This document shows, piece by piece, positions 25,489 through 38,454 of a stretch of 64,000 nt of DNA (positions are counted from its first letter, which is position 1; every line of letters begins with the position of its first letter). A model generated the notes under the pieces. The model worked only from the letters and a program-made list of their open reading frames with translations, had not been told where the DNA came from and did not search any database. This stretch comes from Octopus vulgaris (taxonomy: Eukaryota), in NCBI GenBank assembly GCA_951406725.2, contig OX597832.1, positions 71,362,001 to 71,426,000 on the forward strand, in the 5' to 3' direction. The translations under genes and the position numbers were made by a program.

Positions 25489-26684
25489 ATGTGTGCATTA
25501 TGTGGTCGGTCGGTTCAGCTGAAAATATGCACACCTATGTTAAAAGTGCTGGCAAGTTTGCACGACAACTATTTTTTTCCTCAAATGAAAGGCGTCACCT
25601 CTAGGACAAAATTACTCATCTTATAAAATGTGGCCCCAGTAGACCCGAATGAAATCGAGTTATATTAACCAAAATGTGAAAAGGGGTCTAAATGGGGCTG
25701 GAAGGGGATTAAAATTTAAAGGAGCGAGTGTTTAGGAATTCTCTGTTACATCACGCTAAAAAATTTGCAACAGCCTTTTAATCGTCAATGTGTTACCATC
25801 CATGATGAAGAAGTTTTGAATGCTTGTCATGGTGAGTCTACTGTCATGAGAAAGAATCACTTCAAAACTTGGTGTTTACGAATTTTCTTTTACATCAAGT
25901 TCAAAATTTTACGCCAGCCGTTAAACTGTCAATACGTTGCTGTCCGTCGATAAGAAATGCCAGCCATGGTGACTCTACTATCCTCAGATTCTATCCCTTC
26001 AAACTTTGGTTTCCAATATTTTATTATTTTTATTCAGCTCGCAAGTTCGTCTGTCCCATTTAAATGTTAGCGTTTTGCTGTCAGCCTTGAAGCAGACCTT
26101 TCCGTTGCCACTGCCTGATATTTATGATTGATCTTTCTAAATATTTTATTTCTCAACTTACTCAAGATCTTTTGTTGTTTATAAATGGGAGAGAGATAGA
26201 TAAAGATAGAGAGTAAGAGAAAGCGAGGGAGAGCCCGAGAGAAAAGAAAAGTAAGAGAGTGGGAAAGTGAGAGAGAAAGGAGAGAGAAACAAAGAGGGAG
26301 AATCATCATCATCATCATCGTTTAACGTCCGTTTTCCATGCTAGCATGGGTTGGACAGTTTGACCGGGGTCTGGGAAGCCAGGAGGCTGCACCAGGCTCC
26401 AGTCTGATCTGGCAGTGTTTCTACAGGTGGATGCCCTTCCTAACGCCAACCACTCTGTGAGCGTAGTGGGTGCTTTTTTTGTGCCGCCGGCACAAGTGCC
26501 AGGAGGGCTGGCAGCAGCTACGCTCGGTTGGTGCTTTTTACGTGCCACCGGCACAGAAGCCAGTCAAGGCAGCGCTGCAATCAGCCACGTTCAGATGGTG
26601 CTTTTTACATGCTGAAAGGAAGCAACAGAAAGTAACAACCACACTCTTACCCGCGCGTAGAGTAAGAGTGTATACTTCAGCTAG
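24722..26684 (+). mobile_element. Non-autonomous Helitron (~1.95 kb), 5' end merged with (TA)n
   Basis: 3' hairpin acactcttac/gtaagagtgt then CTAG|T (26681-26685). 5' tatataaaactga resembles the 5' end of the 30837-35081 Helitron. Confidence 0.7.
26304..26612 (-). mobile_element. RTE-type tail element nested in the Helitron
   Basis: Reverse complement of the shared tail, with (ATC)n at 26304-26318. Confidence 0.8.
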
Positions 26685-26829
26685 TATATATATATACATA
26701 TATATTATTCTTTTATTCCTTTATACGATTCAGCCCTGAGGCTGTGGCCATGCTGAAGCACAGCCAGTGGAATATTATTATTGTTGTTGTTGCTGTTGTT
26801 CTTGTTAAGATTAGTGGTGGGGAAGTGTC

Positions 26830-27689
26830 ATGACTTTCTCTAGGCGCCGCCGAGAATGAACTGACTTTCTGGTCGGGAACTATCATGGATAATTTCCGGA
26901 TGTCCTTGGTCTGGCAGTGCTACTGGGGGTGGTGGGTGCTACCAGTTTGGGACAAGCTCTACAGGCACAGACGTGCTGTCAGATGGACCTGTCCAAGGTG
27001 CACGCAGTGTGACAAAACTATTCTGCACACCCTCATTCAGTGTCAAGGCATTTCTGATTTGTGGGGTTATGTTGACTAATCCATCAGTTGGCCAAGTCTG
27101 TAGTAATAATTGCACTGCTGCCTTCTTTCAATCAGGCAGGTAAGGCAGTTTTCCCTTGCCTGGTGGCTGTGGCGAAAAAAGTTGTTTGGTGTACAAGACT
27201 GAAAGGCATGAGGACAGATCCATTCCTCTCATTGACTTTTTCAAGTTTTACTTGAAAAGGAAATTGAGAGTGGAGAGGGAAGTGCAGTCCTCAAGTGAGT
27301 TTATTGAAAGGTGGGTGAAAGTTATGAAAATGGCAAGAATGGATGGTACCTCTCTAAGTGTAGACATGTGAGTCAGAGAGAAAGAATTGGAGAGGGCACT
27401 TGCTCCTAGGGTTTCAGGGAAATCTTTGACAGTGTAGCTCTTCGATTATCCCTAGAGGCGTTCATGTATCAGGAGGGCCACATCTCTATCATCTCCCCCA
27501 TTTTTTTTTTTACCTTTGTAAGCTATGCATATGTCTCTTTTTCAAATGTATACCATGTATACTTTTTTTTAAAATTATTTCACTATTATATGTAAACCCC
27601 CACACTTTATATCTGTCTGTATATCGTCCCCCTCATCCTTCGCCTTTGTGGTAAATAAATGAAATCATTATTATTATTATTATTATTAC

Positions 27690-27740
<51 letters not shown>
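26830..27740 (+). mobile_element. L1/Tx1-like LINE 3' fragment
   Basis: CPRC-x-TILH-x-QC zinc knuckle (ORF 26885-27079), F..RW C-terminal motif, 3' UTR with AATAAA and (ATT)n tail. Confidence 0.65.
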
Positions 27741-27752
27741 TACTACTACTAC

Positions 27753-27966
27753 TCTTTTACTCTTTTACTTGTTTCAGTCATTTGACTGTGGCCATGCTGG
27801 AGCACCACCTTTAGTCAAGCAAATCGACCTCAGGACTTATTTTTTGTAAGCCTAGTACTTATTCTATTGGCCTCTTTTGCCAAACCACTAAGTTACAGGG
27901 ATGTAAACACACCAGCATCGGTTGTCAAGCGATGTTGGGGGGACAAACACAGACACACAAACACAT

Positions 27967-27997
<31 letters not shown>

Positions 27998-28160
27998 ATG
28001 GGCTTCTTTCAGTTTCCGTCTACCAAATCCACTCACAAGGCTTTGGTGGGTCCCGAAGCTATAATAGAAGACACTTATCCAAGGTGCCACGCAGTGGGTC
28101 TGAACCCGGAACCATGTGGTTGGTAAGCAAGCTACTTACCATACAGCCACTCCTGTGCCT
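27753..28160 (-). mobile_element. tRNA-derived SINE, family 2 (full length)
   Basis: Minus strand A box tggctgtatgg, B box ggttcagaccc, CORE-like accttggataagtgtctt, tail atgactgaaacaagtaaaagag; near-identical to 35693-36098. Confidence 0.85.
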
Positions 28161-28195
28161 AACTACTTACCTCACAGCCATATATATATATATAT

Positions 28196-28372
28196 AATAA
28201 TAAATATTAGGGAATAAATCCAAATTTACAGGGAAAAATCAGATTTAGGATTGAATCCAATTTTATATTAAAATATTATATTATATTAAATTAGAGACAA
28301 AACCAATATTATGCAAATCAAACAAAGAAAGACTTAAGCCAATATATAAAATAATTTATATAATTAAATTTA
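28196..28372 (-). mobile_element. Truncated copy of the fold-back/pseudo-LTR family at 62241-62648
   Basis: Reverse complement of about 62480-62645; flanked by (TA)n; stops before the ribozyme. Confidence 0.8.
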
Positions 28373-28389
28373 ATTAAAATTAATTAAAA

Positions 28390-28433
<44 letters not shown>

Positions 28434-28464
28434 ACACGCACATATATATGCACACACACTCTCA

Positions 28465-28628
28465 GTGAGCTTCTTTCGGTTTGTAATCTACCAAATCTAC
28501 TTACGAGGCTTTGATTGGGCTTAGATTGTAGTAGAAGACACTCACCCAAGGGGCCATGCAATGAGACTAAACATGAAACCACATTGTTGGGAAGCAAGCT
28601 TCTTTGCCACACTACCACACCTACACCT
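28465..28628 (-). mobile_element. SINE family 2, degenerate 5' half
   Basis: Similar to 28000-28160. Confidence 0.7.
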
Positions 28629-28930
28629 AATTATATTTGGTCACATTGCAGTTGAGAATCAAAAATATATTTTTGATAAATTTCTCTTTCTACAGATATG
28701 TCCTTCTATGAATATGTCTCTTGGCCAATATTTCAAAGTGTTGTTAGTGCAGTTTAGAATCTGTATGGAAACTGTATGGAAAATCATTCCTATTTTTAGG
28801 TGGTAGTCTTTATCGATCATCCAGTGCCTTTAGAAGAATCCACTCTTTTGTGTGCATTTATATCAAGTCTCTAATATAAGAATCTTTCTCCTATCATACA
28901 GTTCTATATTTGAGAGATGAGGAATTATGT

Positions 28931-29059
28931 GCATTATTTACATTATTTACATTATTTACATTCAACTGATATTTGTCCTCATCTTGTTTGTGTTAGCAAC
29001 AAACAAGATGAAGACAAATATCTGTTGAATGTAAATAGTGTAAATAATGTAAATAATGC
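28931..29059. repeat. 61-bp-arm hairpin with 7-nt loop
   Basis: 28931-28991 is the reverse complement of 28999-29059 with 3 mismatches; arms include three cattattta units. Confidence 0.9.
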
Positions 29060-30914
29060 TTTTCCCTATCAGTTTTGAAAATCCTGAAAAGTGTCATTGA
29101 CACTGGCTTCCATTTTCTAGGTCATTAAAACACTAATGTAATGCATTTAGTTACACCACCCTGTTGCAGTATTATATCACCTACCTGTATCACTGTTATC
29201 AATATTATATCACCTACCTGTATCACTGTTATCTCATGACATAAGCATGTGTGGGTTGGTGATGGATATAGTCAATTGTACTATCTCCAATATTTGACTG
29301 GTACTTTATTTAACCAAATTCGAAGCATTAAAATGTAAACAGTGGGATTTGAACTGAAAATATAAAGAGATATAACTCAATACTAGAAACCAATTTTTTA
29401 TACTCTAATGGTTCTACCAATCTAACACAGTTATCACTGTAAAGTGTAAAACTCTACTGCCACAGCCATCTCCACTGCTTTATAATATTTTTTAACAATA
29501 GGTAATTTTATTAATATAAAATTAGAATTTGGGATTTTATCTTGTATCAAATTATTTTTTCTAACTTTTACTTTTCAAATTTCAAATGGTTTTTATTGAA
29601 TTCCATTAAAGTTTATAACATTTTAAACTTTTATTTATTGTTATTTATATCTTAACCAATAAAATGTGATGAAATTCAATAAATTTGAAATGCACTTGAA
29701 AACATTAACAGAAGGAATTCCTTAGCAACATCAATTATTAAACATCTTAACCTCCTCCCACATTCTTTTTTTTTTTCTTAAAATATCATTCAAAATGATA
29801 AAGAGTTTTCACATATATATATATTTGGTTTTGTTTTTACAATTAATAATTATAAAAACTACTATTCCTAAAAACATCCTTGTAAAAATCTTCAGTCTCA
29901 TTCTCCCCCCCCCCCCTCTCTCTCTTTCTTTCATATGTTTTTACTTTCATTGTTATTTTTTACAGTATCTAATTCCTGAAGACATTTAATGAATTCTATT
30001 TCTTATTTGTTTCCAATCAACATTTTACTCCTTGCTTTTTTTTCTATTTTCCTCTTCTTTAATGCCTAGAACAGAATGTTAAATTTCTATTTCAACCCTT
30101 GTTATTAAAAGTAGTTTCTAAATTTTCTGTTAGTTTCCCCTGCTTCCACAAGGACTCTGATTGAATAAATCATAAAAAGGATTATTCTGTAATGTGATTG
30201 ACTTTTTTTAAAAAAAGAAAATGGCTACACTTTAGGTTTCATTTCTCCGAGGAAAGAACTCATGAGATTAAATTATGTCATGTCAGATTCTGTAGAAATG
30301 AAAAACAAAAGCTAAAAACTTTTTTTTAAATTAAAAACACAAACAAACCCCTTAAAGTAAACAGCTCTCTGTAAATAAGAGGCATTCTGATAACTTTCAT
30401 CTGAAGAGTAAGTGCTTCATGTCACATGGGTTTTCATCATACTATCAATTAAAAAGCATTCAACCTCATGGTAATTGTCCTTTGAAATTGCAGATGGCCT
30501 TTTTTTAGTTGTAAACATTACCAGAAACTAGTCAGGGAGAATGATGTGGTATCAAAAAGATTCTTTCTGTGTTCAGTTTGAACATAATAAAATATATTTT
30601 TCTGAGAATATCACAGTTCTTAATAATTCTGCATTTGAAATTCAATTTTCCTTTTTATGATTGAAGAAAGAATGGAAACTATGAACATATCTATTGTTAT
30701 TTTAACACTTTCAGATTATTTTTGTGTCTTTTAAATTCATTAGTTTAAGTAGGTAAAGAAGCTCTAGGAGAAAGGACAAAGAAGAGGTTGATGCAAGAGA
30801 GATTGAATCAACTGAATATATATATATATATATATACTAGCAGAGATACCCGGCGTTGCGCGTGTTACATTCAATTGAAGAATTAGACTTTTCTGTAATG
30901 AACTGGAATATCTA

Positions 30915-32182
30915 CAAGGGGCGTTCAATAAGTAATGCCCCTGACCCACTTCCCATAGAAGTAGAGCAACGAAACTTGGCACAGTTATTAGTCTTTTTCT
31001 ACATAGGAACCACCCAGAGTTACGCATTTCTCCCATCGTTTGATGCAGCTCTGGAGACCGTTTTTGCAGAATACTCCAGTTTGGTCCTCCAACCACGACG
31101 TGACTTCAGAAATCAAGGCTACATCATCTGGGAAACGCTTTCCTTTCAAAAAAAACTTCATGGCTGGGAAGAGGTGAAAATCAGAGGGTGCAAGGTCAGG
31201 AGAGTAGGGGGGATGGGGGAGGAGTTCATAGCCGCACGTCTGTGCTTCTGATCTGGCGACACGCCAGAGCGTTGTCCTGCAGGAGGAGGATGCCTTTGCT
31301 GATCTTGCCCCGCCTCTTGATTTTGATAGCTTCTCTTAATTTCCTCAAAAGTGAAGCATAATAGGCTCCTGTAATTGTGGTACCCTTTGCCAGGAAATCT
31401 GTCATCACTACTCCATCCTGGTCCCAGAAGACTGTGAGCATGAGGGCTGCACCCTTACCTTCTTTGGAGGCGGTGAGTCACGGTGCTTCCCCTGCATTGA
31501 CTGGGCTTTGGTCTCTGAATCATAGTGATGGACCCAGGTTTCATCCTGTGTAATCAGTCTTTTGAAAAATTTTGACTCATCTTCTTGGCACATCTCCAAA
31601 TTCATCCTCGAGCACTCGACGCGTTCTTGCTTCTGGAAAGGTGTGAGCAACCTGGGAATCCATCTGGCAGACACCTTTTGCATATGCAAATGGTCATGAA
31701 TGATAGTTTCCACAGACCCGGTACTAATCTTGACCTCATGGGCTATTTGGCGAATAGTTATGCGTCGATCTTCCAAAATGGCAGCCTCAACTTGACGGAC
31801 AGATGCCTCATCAATGGCAGAAGGGGGCGACCAGATCTGGGAGCTGTTTCCACAGAGTTCCGACCATGTTTAAATTCATGATGCCAGCGTTTTGCAAGGT
31901 CATATGATGGGGCATCATCACCATAAGTTACTTTCATTTCATCAAAAGTCTCCCGTGGTGTGCGTCCTTTCAAATACAAAAACCGGATTACTGCTCGACA
32001 CTCAACTGGCTCCATTTCACACTTGACTCTGTTCAAACACCTGTAAATCAGAAACTACAATTAGTTCAGAGCTGTAATTTGCCACTTAATCTATAGAGAT
32101 ATACATAATTGCACATGCAAAATTTCAGCTAGATCAATAAACTGCAAGTGGATCAGGAGCATTACTTATTGAACGTCCCTCG
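30915..32182 (-). mobile_element. Full-length mariner (irritans/Himar1-like), frameshifted transposase
   Basis: ~37-bp TIRs (c[a/g]aggg[g/a]cgttcaataagtaatgc...), TA on both sides, WIPRLLT, DETWVHHYD, LLQDNA and HPPYSPDLAPSDF motifs over several frames. Confidence 0.93.
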
Positions 32183-33419
32183 TATGTTTCGAGTTTCATC
32201 AAAATTGCAGATTAAAAAATTGTAATCGTGCCACATATATCCCATACTACTGATTTTTATGCACATATTCCAAAATTCTAGTCTTATTGAACCTGTTAAA
32301 AAGATTTTGCTCCTGAAAAATGATGGTAATGGAGCTCTAAAATGTGAGAGTTAAGGCCCCTGTTGGGGGTGGGCATCTTAATGTCAACCAGAAAAGTTGA
32401 ATTGTTGAGAATCTTTTTAACTTGGGTCTTATATCTATTGTTTGAATTTCTTTGAAATAGGAAATATATGTTCACTGGGTTTGTAAAAGAGAGCAAAGCT
32501 ACAGGAAACTAAAAGACAATGTTCACAATAAGCAGTCAGCTACCCTACCCTAGTCGTTGCCACTCCCAATGTAGGATTCCTCACCATCCAGGTGACAGGC
32601 ACCGCTGTAAGATGCATTACGAATGTATAGCAATTGGTAGGGCATGACCCAACTGAAATAAACATTAACAACTGTGTGACGTGAGGGCTAAAGAGAAATG
32701 AAAGTGTCACCTCTGGAGTTTGCAAATGACCACTATACCGATACGTAACTGGACAGAATAAATATACAATCTATGAATGTCTTTGAATAACCAGTCACTC
32801 ATCTGGGAAGGCCTTGAAATCAATGTTACCATTTGGGGACTAAGTGTGACCCAGTGATAATAAAAAGACTGAAATGAGGTCTGCAATCAAATAACTTTAC
32901 TCAACACTTTGCAACTGAATCAGTGGAGGCAAAGATGCCTCACATTTACTCGACAATTTATGCAGCACATTGCAGAAATCACAATGTAAGTGTATGTCAA
33001 AGCAAACTGTTACACTGTTGTACCATTGAATTACAAATAATGCTCATCTTTTATACTTGGGTAATCGTACAGCTTCCAAGAGCACAACTGTATTCATTTT
33101 TGCTTGGATAAAATGAAAAAATTGTGGGTGTTAAATCCCCATGGAGGAGTCTTTCTAACTTGTAAGATGATGAAATTTTATAAATATTACTTCATTTGTG
33201 TCTAATATCTATGGTTAAAATTTCATCAACAGCAAAAATATATGAATTGTCATGGGGGTTATGGCCCTTATGCATAGAATATAATTTCCAAATTTCATAA
33301 AGATCCATTCAGTACTTTTGACCCAGTTTTGGATCATAAAAGAAATAACTAAAATTTGCGAGTTAAGGCCCCCATTAGGGTGTTTTATATATATACACAC
33401 ACACATACAAAGACACACA

Positions 33420-33732
33420 CACACACATACAAAGATAAATTGACAGATACAACTGAGTGGGCAAACAAAAATATGAAACACAGCCTAGTGTTTTTTTTAT
33501 GCTGATAAGCCTGGTACTTATTCTATTAGTTTGTTCTTGTGAAACCAGTAAGTATGGGACTATAAATAAATGAACAGCATTGTGAAGCAGTGATGAGGGC
33601 GAAATACAGAGACAAAGACACACACATACACTTACATATATATATACATACATACATATATATACGATTGATTTGTTTCAGTTCCTGTCTACAGAATCCA
33701 TATATATATATATATATGTACAAGCATGCGCG

Positions 33733-33780
<48 letters not shown>

Positions 33781-34160
33781 GAGAAATTGATAGATACAAC
33801 TGAGTGGACAAACAAAAATATGAGACACTGCCTAGTGCTTTTTTTTTTATTTTAATAAGCCTGGTACTTATTCTATCAGTTTCTTCTTGTGAAACCAGTA
33901 AGTTATGGGGATGTAAATAAACGAACACCAGTTTTGAAGCAGTGATGAAGGAGAAACACAAAGACACACACATAGACTTACATATATACATATATATACA
34001 ATTGATTTCTTTCAGTTTCTGTCTACAAAATACACTGACAAGGCTTTGGTTGGTCTTAGGCTATAGCAGAATACACATGCCAAGTTACCACACAGTGGGA
34101 CTGAACTGAGGACCATGTGTTTTGGAACCAAGTTTGTTACAACACAGCCACACCTGCACC
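33420..34160 (-). repeat. Local tandem duplication (~350-bp unit) containing a degenerate family-2 SINE
   Basis: 33432-33700 is repeated at 33778-34030; SINE head at 34030-34160. Confidence 0.75.
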
Positions 34161-34284
34161 TATGTATGTGTGTGTGGGGGGGGTGTATATATGTATGCAT
34201 GCGTATATGTGTATATATATGTGCACATATTACATGTACATCTATATATATATACATCTACACATACATGTATACATATACATC

Positions 34285-34320
<36 letters not shown>

Positions 34321-34331
34321 CATCCATATAT

Positions 34332-34405
<74 letters not shown>

Positions 34406-34422
34406 GTATACATATATATATA

Positions 34423-34660
34423 TGATGATGATGATAGCCGTCCACTCGTGACTGAGGAAGACCATTGCCGACCTTCAGGAACATTGTGTGCTCTATGACT
34501 AACTTATATTTTGCATTTGCAGCTCCGTTGGTGGCTAATGTGCCCTGCTCTTGACAAGCATACACGACTGCAAACATTGCAGACCAAGCTTTCCCCATTC
34601 ACTATACACTTAAGTTCTTCATGATGGATACGTGCTCTCTCAAAAGTGTCGATCTCCTCC
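34423..34660 (-). mobile_element. RTE family 1, extreme 3' end
   Basis: Matches 45022-45280; (GAT)n tail. Confidence 0.85.
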
Positions 34661-35165
34661 TTAATATTAATTTGATTAATATGAATTGAAAACCAGTGGT
34701 GTAGCATATAAGACCATAGTGGATCTTCTTCTAGCAAAATGGATGTCCACTGTTAATGTTTCATCCCTCCTATATAATAGTTTGACTTTAATAGTTTCAG
34801 TATTAAAGTGAAAGTATCTGACATTACAATAGAGATATGTTTTTATTTCACTTTTAACATGTAATACTGAAATAGTGGAGAAGATATGATATTGCTGTGG
34901 GCTCGCCCTAGGAAAGAATTTAGAAAATTTTTTGCCCATGACACTACATGGACCCTAAGTAAAGCATGTGTAAAATTTGAATGAAATTGGTTGTGTAGTT
35001 CTCAAGTTTTAGGGATTCACACAGACAGACCGATAGACAGACAGACACATAGACGCACATTCTCAGTTTTATATGTATAGATATATACATACATAAATAT
35101 ACATATATATATAGTTACAGCTCTCTGAACATTGCCCAGCCTGCTCTTATTTTATCATATATCTA

Positions 35166-35230
<65 letters not shown>

Positions 35231-35333
35231 GCAGCCCTGTGTGGCCAATAAAGAAACTTATCTATCTAATCAATCTATCTATCTATCCATCTATATATCT
35301 ATCTACCTATCTACCTACCTACCTATCTATCTA

Positions 35334-35414
<81 letters not shown>

Positions 35415-35434
35415 ATATATATATATATATATAT

Positions 35435-35640
35435 AGTTAATCCAAACAAGAAAACACAAAAAAACACAGCAACGCGAGGATGTGGAACAAATAAAGTAGT
35501 ATTGGACGCTCAGGAAAAAAGAGAAGAAGGAGGGTTTAACGTTTTGAGCGGAGCTCTTCGTCGGAAACATAGGAGAAGGAAAGATCCCGAGAAGGGAAGA
35601 CAGAGGAAAAAAATCGCTGGTGGTACTCATGAGGTCACAT
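35435..35640 (-). mobile_element. Penelope-like terminal fragment with degenerate minimal hammerhead (35534-35568)
   Basis: Minus strand guuu-CcGACGA-agagc-ucc-gcuc-aAAAC-g-UUA-aac with two core substitutions; (TA)n on both sides. Confidence 0.55.
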
Positions 35641-35692
35641 ATATATATATATTTAAATATATACACACAAACACACACACACACACATACAT

Positions 35693-36098
35693 ACTCTTTT
35701 ACTCTTTTACTTGTTTCAGTCATTTGACTGCCATCATGCTGGAGCACTGCCTTTAGTCGAGAAAATCAACCCCAGGACTTATTTTTTGTAAGCCTAGTAC
35801 TTATTCTATCAGTCTCTTTTGCCGAACTGCAAAGTTATGGGGACATAAACACACCAGTATCGGTTGTCAAGCGATGTTGGGGGGACAAACACAGACACAC
35901 AAACACACACACACACATATATATACATATATACAATGGGCTTCTTTCAGTTTCCATCTACCAAATCCACTCACAAGGCTTTGGTCAGCTTGAGGCTATA
36001 GTAGAAGACATTTGTCTGAGGTGCCATGCAGTGGGACTGCACCTCAAACCATGTGGTTGGTAAGCAAGCTACTTACCACACATCCACTCCTGTGCCTA
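35693..36098 (-). mobile_element. tRNA-derived SINE, family 2 (full length)
   Basis: Near-identical to 27753-28160. Confidence 0.85.
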
Positions 36099-36150
36099 CA
36101 TACATAAATACATGCATACACACACACATATATATAAATGTATATATGTA

Positions 36151-38370
36151 ATCAAGGATATAAAACCCTCTTAAAGGGATGTCAGCATCCAAGTTCTCTG
36201 GTTTTATCCAGTATATCATTGAAAAACCAAAGATGTTAGCTTCACATTGATGGATATGGTTATATTATTGTTTTGTATGAGAAAAAGAAAACGGAGAAAT
36301 TGAGATATAAACATTAATTTATTAGAACATACTTAATTTTTCAGCACATTACGTTCACACATGCACAAATATATTAAACAAATTTGCAATACTTAAGTAA
36401 TGGTTTTTTAAATACATTGACTGCAAAAATGCTCTTTCTGAGTCTATCAAGGATCTACCAACACATTGAAATGTAACTCCTTTCTATCAAACTTTTCCCC
36501 TGACAAAATGTTCAGTTAATTATATTCAATAGAAAACCTTAATCTAATTTAATTTAATTTCTTAAATTTAATTAACAGGGCATGCAAACTATTGTAAGTG
36601 CTAAGAGTTTTTTTTTTGTTGTTGTTTGGAATTAAATATGTTCTAATAAATTGATGTTTATATCTATTGTTCTGTTTTCTTTTTCTCATACATAAACAAT
36701 AATATACTCATATCCATCAATGTGAAGCTAGCATCTTTGGCTTTTCACTGATACATTGGATAAAACTGGGGAACTTGGATGCTGACATCCCTTTAAGAGG
36801 GTTTTATATCCTTGATTTAACTAAATTTAAACAACTATGGAAGTAGATTAATATAAGTTTCCCTGACAATTGAAAATGAACATGAGTCAGTTAACTTCCT
36901 TGATGTTAACCCAAACCTCATTACTGGCAACTATGAATTTTTCCACATGTGTAACTCTAGTCTTAGATATATAAATTTTGGAAGTAATCATCCCAATCCT
37001 ATCAAACTTTTTTTAGTTTATAATATTTCTAGAAGAATATCTAATTTATCACCTAGTAAGGATATTTTAAACAAAAACGCAGACTATTATAACATGGCGC
37101 TCAGTAAATCTTAAAATATGAGTTTCTTTTACAGCGGTTCAACAGAAAACTATATCAAAAACATATCATGAACCACAATTAGAACTTTAATAATAGAAAT
37201 ACGTCATCTTATTGCAGCCTTAGCAAATTTATTTGGAACTTGAAGGACAAGCATAAAATGTTTACTGTGGAGCGGGAAATAATAAGTAGGGCTGATGCCT
37301 ATAAAATTGGAAATGCCTATTGTTTTCTCTGTGTGGAAGAATTATTACAAATCTTAAATTCTAGATGTAGACTCCTAAAAGTTACTAGGATTATAAATTA
37401 GGTGAGTATCTCAATAAAAAATAAATGGTAATTATGAATATAAGGTTTTATCTACAAGTTACAGTATTGTATAAAGGTTACTAGGAGTTTAATTTAAGTA
37501 CGAATCTCAGGAATTTGTGGTTATTATTATTTAAGAAGATAATAATAGGTAATATTAAATTAAAGACACTACATATTAATTGAATGGTTTAATTTATTAT
37601 TTTGATTTATTAACATTAATGCTTTCATCAATTAAGATTGTTTGTATCTATTCTCATTATTATATAAGTAAATATATTGGGCACAAATGTTGATGACGTA
37701 ATATTCAACTATGATAAATAGTAAGCAGTTTTGATTCATCATCTTGTGACTTTCAACACATTAAGACACACACAAATATATAAAAATATTGCATGTACGC
37801 AGCTATGGTTTTAATTAAAAAATAATTATTATAATTTATTCTTTTACTATAATTATTAGAGATTGCAAATGGGTGACTTATAATAAATTTCTTATGTAAT
37901 TATATACTTTACTGATATTTCGATCTATCATAAGTTATGAAATAAATGGAGGATCATGTATTGAATCATGTATTGAATCATGTATTCAATCGTATTGAAA
38001 TATCGTTTAAGCTAACAAACAGCTACTTTAGTTTTTCAACTCATTACTTATGCATGCGCACAAATGCATCAAACAAATTTGCATGTACATATACATATGT
38101 AATGCTTTTTTAAAAATACATAGAATGCAAAAACGCTCTTACCTGAGTTTATCAAGGATCTGGTGGAATGTAGCTTCTTTCTATCAAATTCTTCCCCTGA
38201 CGAAATGTCCAATTAGTTATATTCAATAGAAAACTTCAATTTAATTTCTCAAATAGAAACAATTGTAGGTGCTAAGACTTTGTTTTTGTTTTGGAGTTAA
38301 ATATGTTCTAAGAAATTGATGTCTATATCTCAATTTCTCCGTTTTCTTTTTCTCATACATAAACAATATA
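36151..38370 (+). mobile_element. Penelope-like element: inverted partial pLTR, pLTR, decayed RT-thumb/GIY-YIG region, second pLTR
   Basis: 36151-36337 is inverted at 36631-36816; 36360-36680 is repeated directly at 38050-38368. Peptides VNFLDV..L..G.Y, YINFGSNHP and LSKFIWNLKD...AY...CFLCVEE. Decayed hammerheads at ~36497-36600 and 38194-38270. Confidence 0.82.
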
Positions 38371-38454
38371 TGTGATGATTAGTTTTATAAGACATCCATC
38401 TACACACACACACACACACACATACACACACACATACACATATATATTATGTGA

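Larger units (their letters stand above)
30837..35081 (-). mobile_element. Non-autonomous Helitron (~4.2 kb including nested insertions)
   Basis: Minus-strand 5' A|TCTATACATATAAAACTGAG at 35081; 3' hairpin (cccggcgttgcgcg) plus CTAG|T at 30837-30862; TA-rich flanks. That both ends belong to one element is inferred. Confidence 0.7.

Noticed and set aside
32540-32725. Helitron helicase remnant (LGVATTRV resembling YVALSRV)
   Set aside because: Only one weak motif; neighbouring PIF1 motifs not found.
34012-34598. ORFs rich in YI/HT/CV repeats (also at 6.6, 10.6, 44.2, 47.4 and 61.8 kb)
   Set aside because: Translations of dinucleotide microsatellites.
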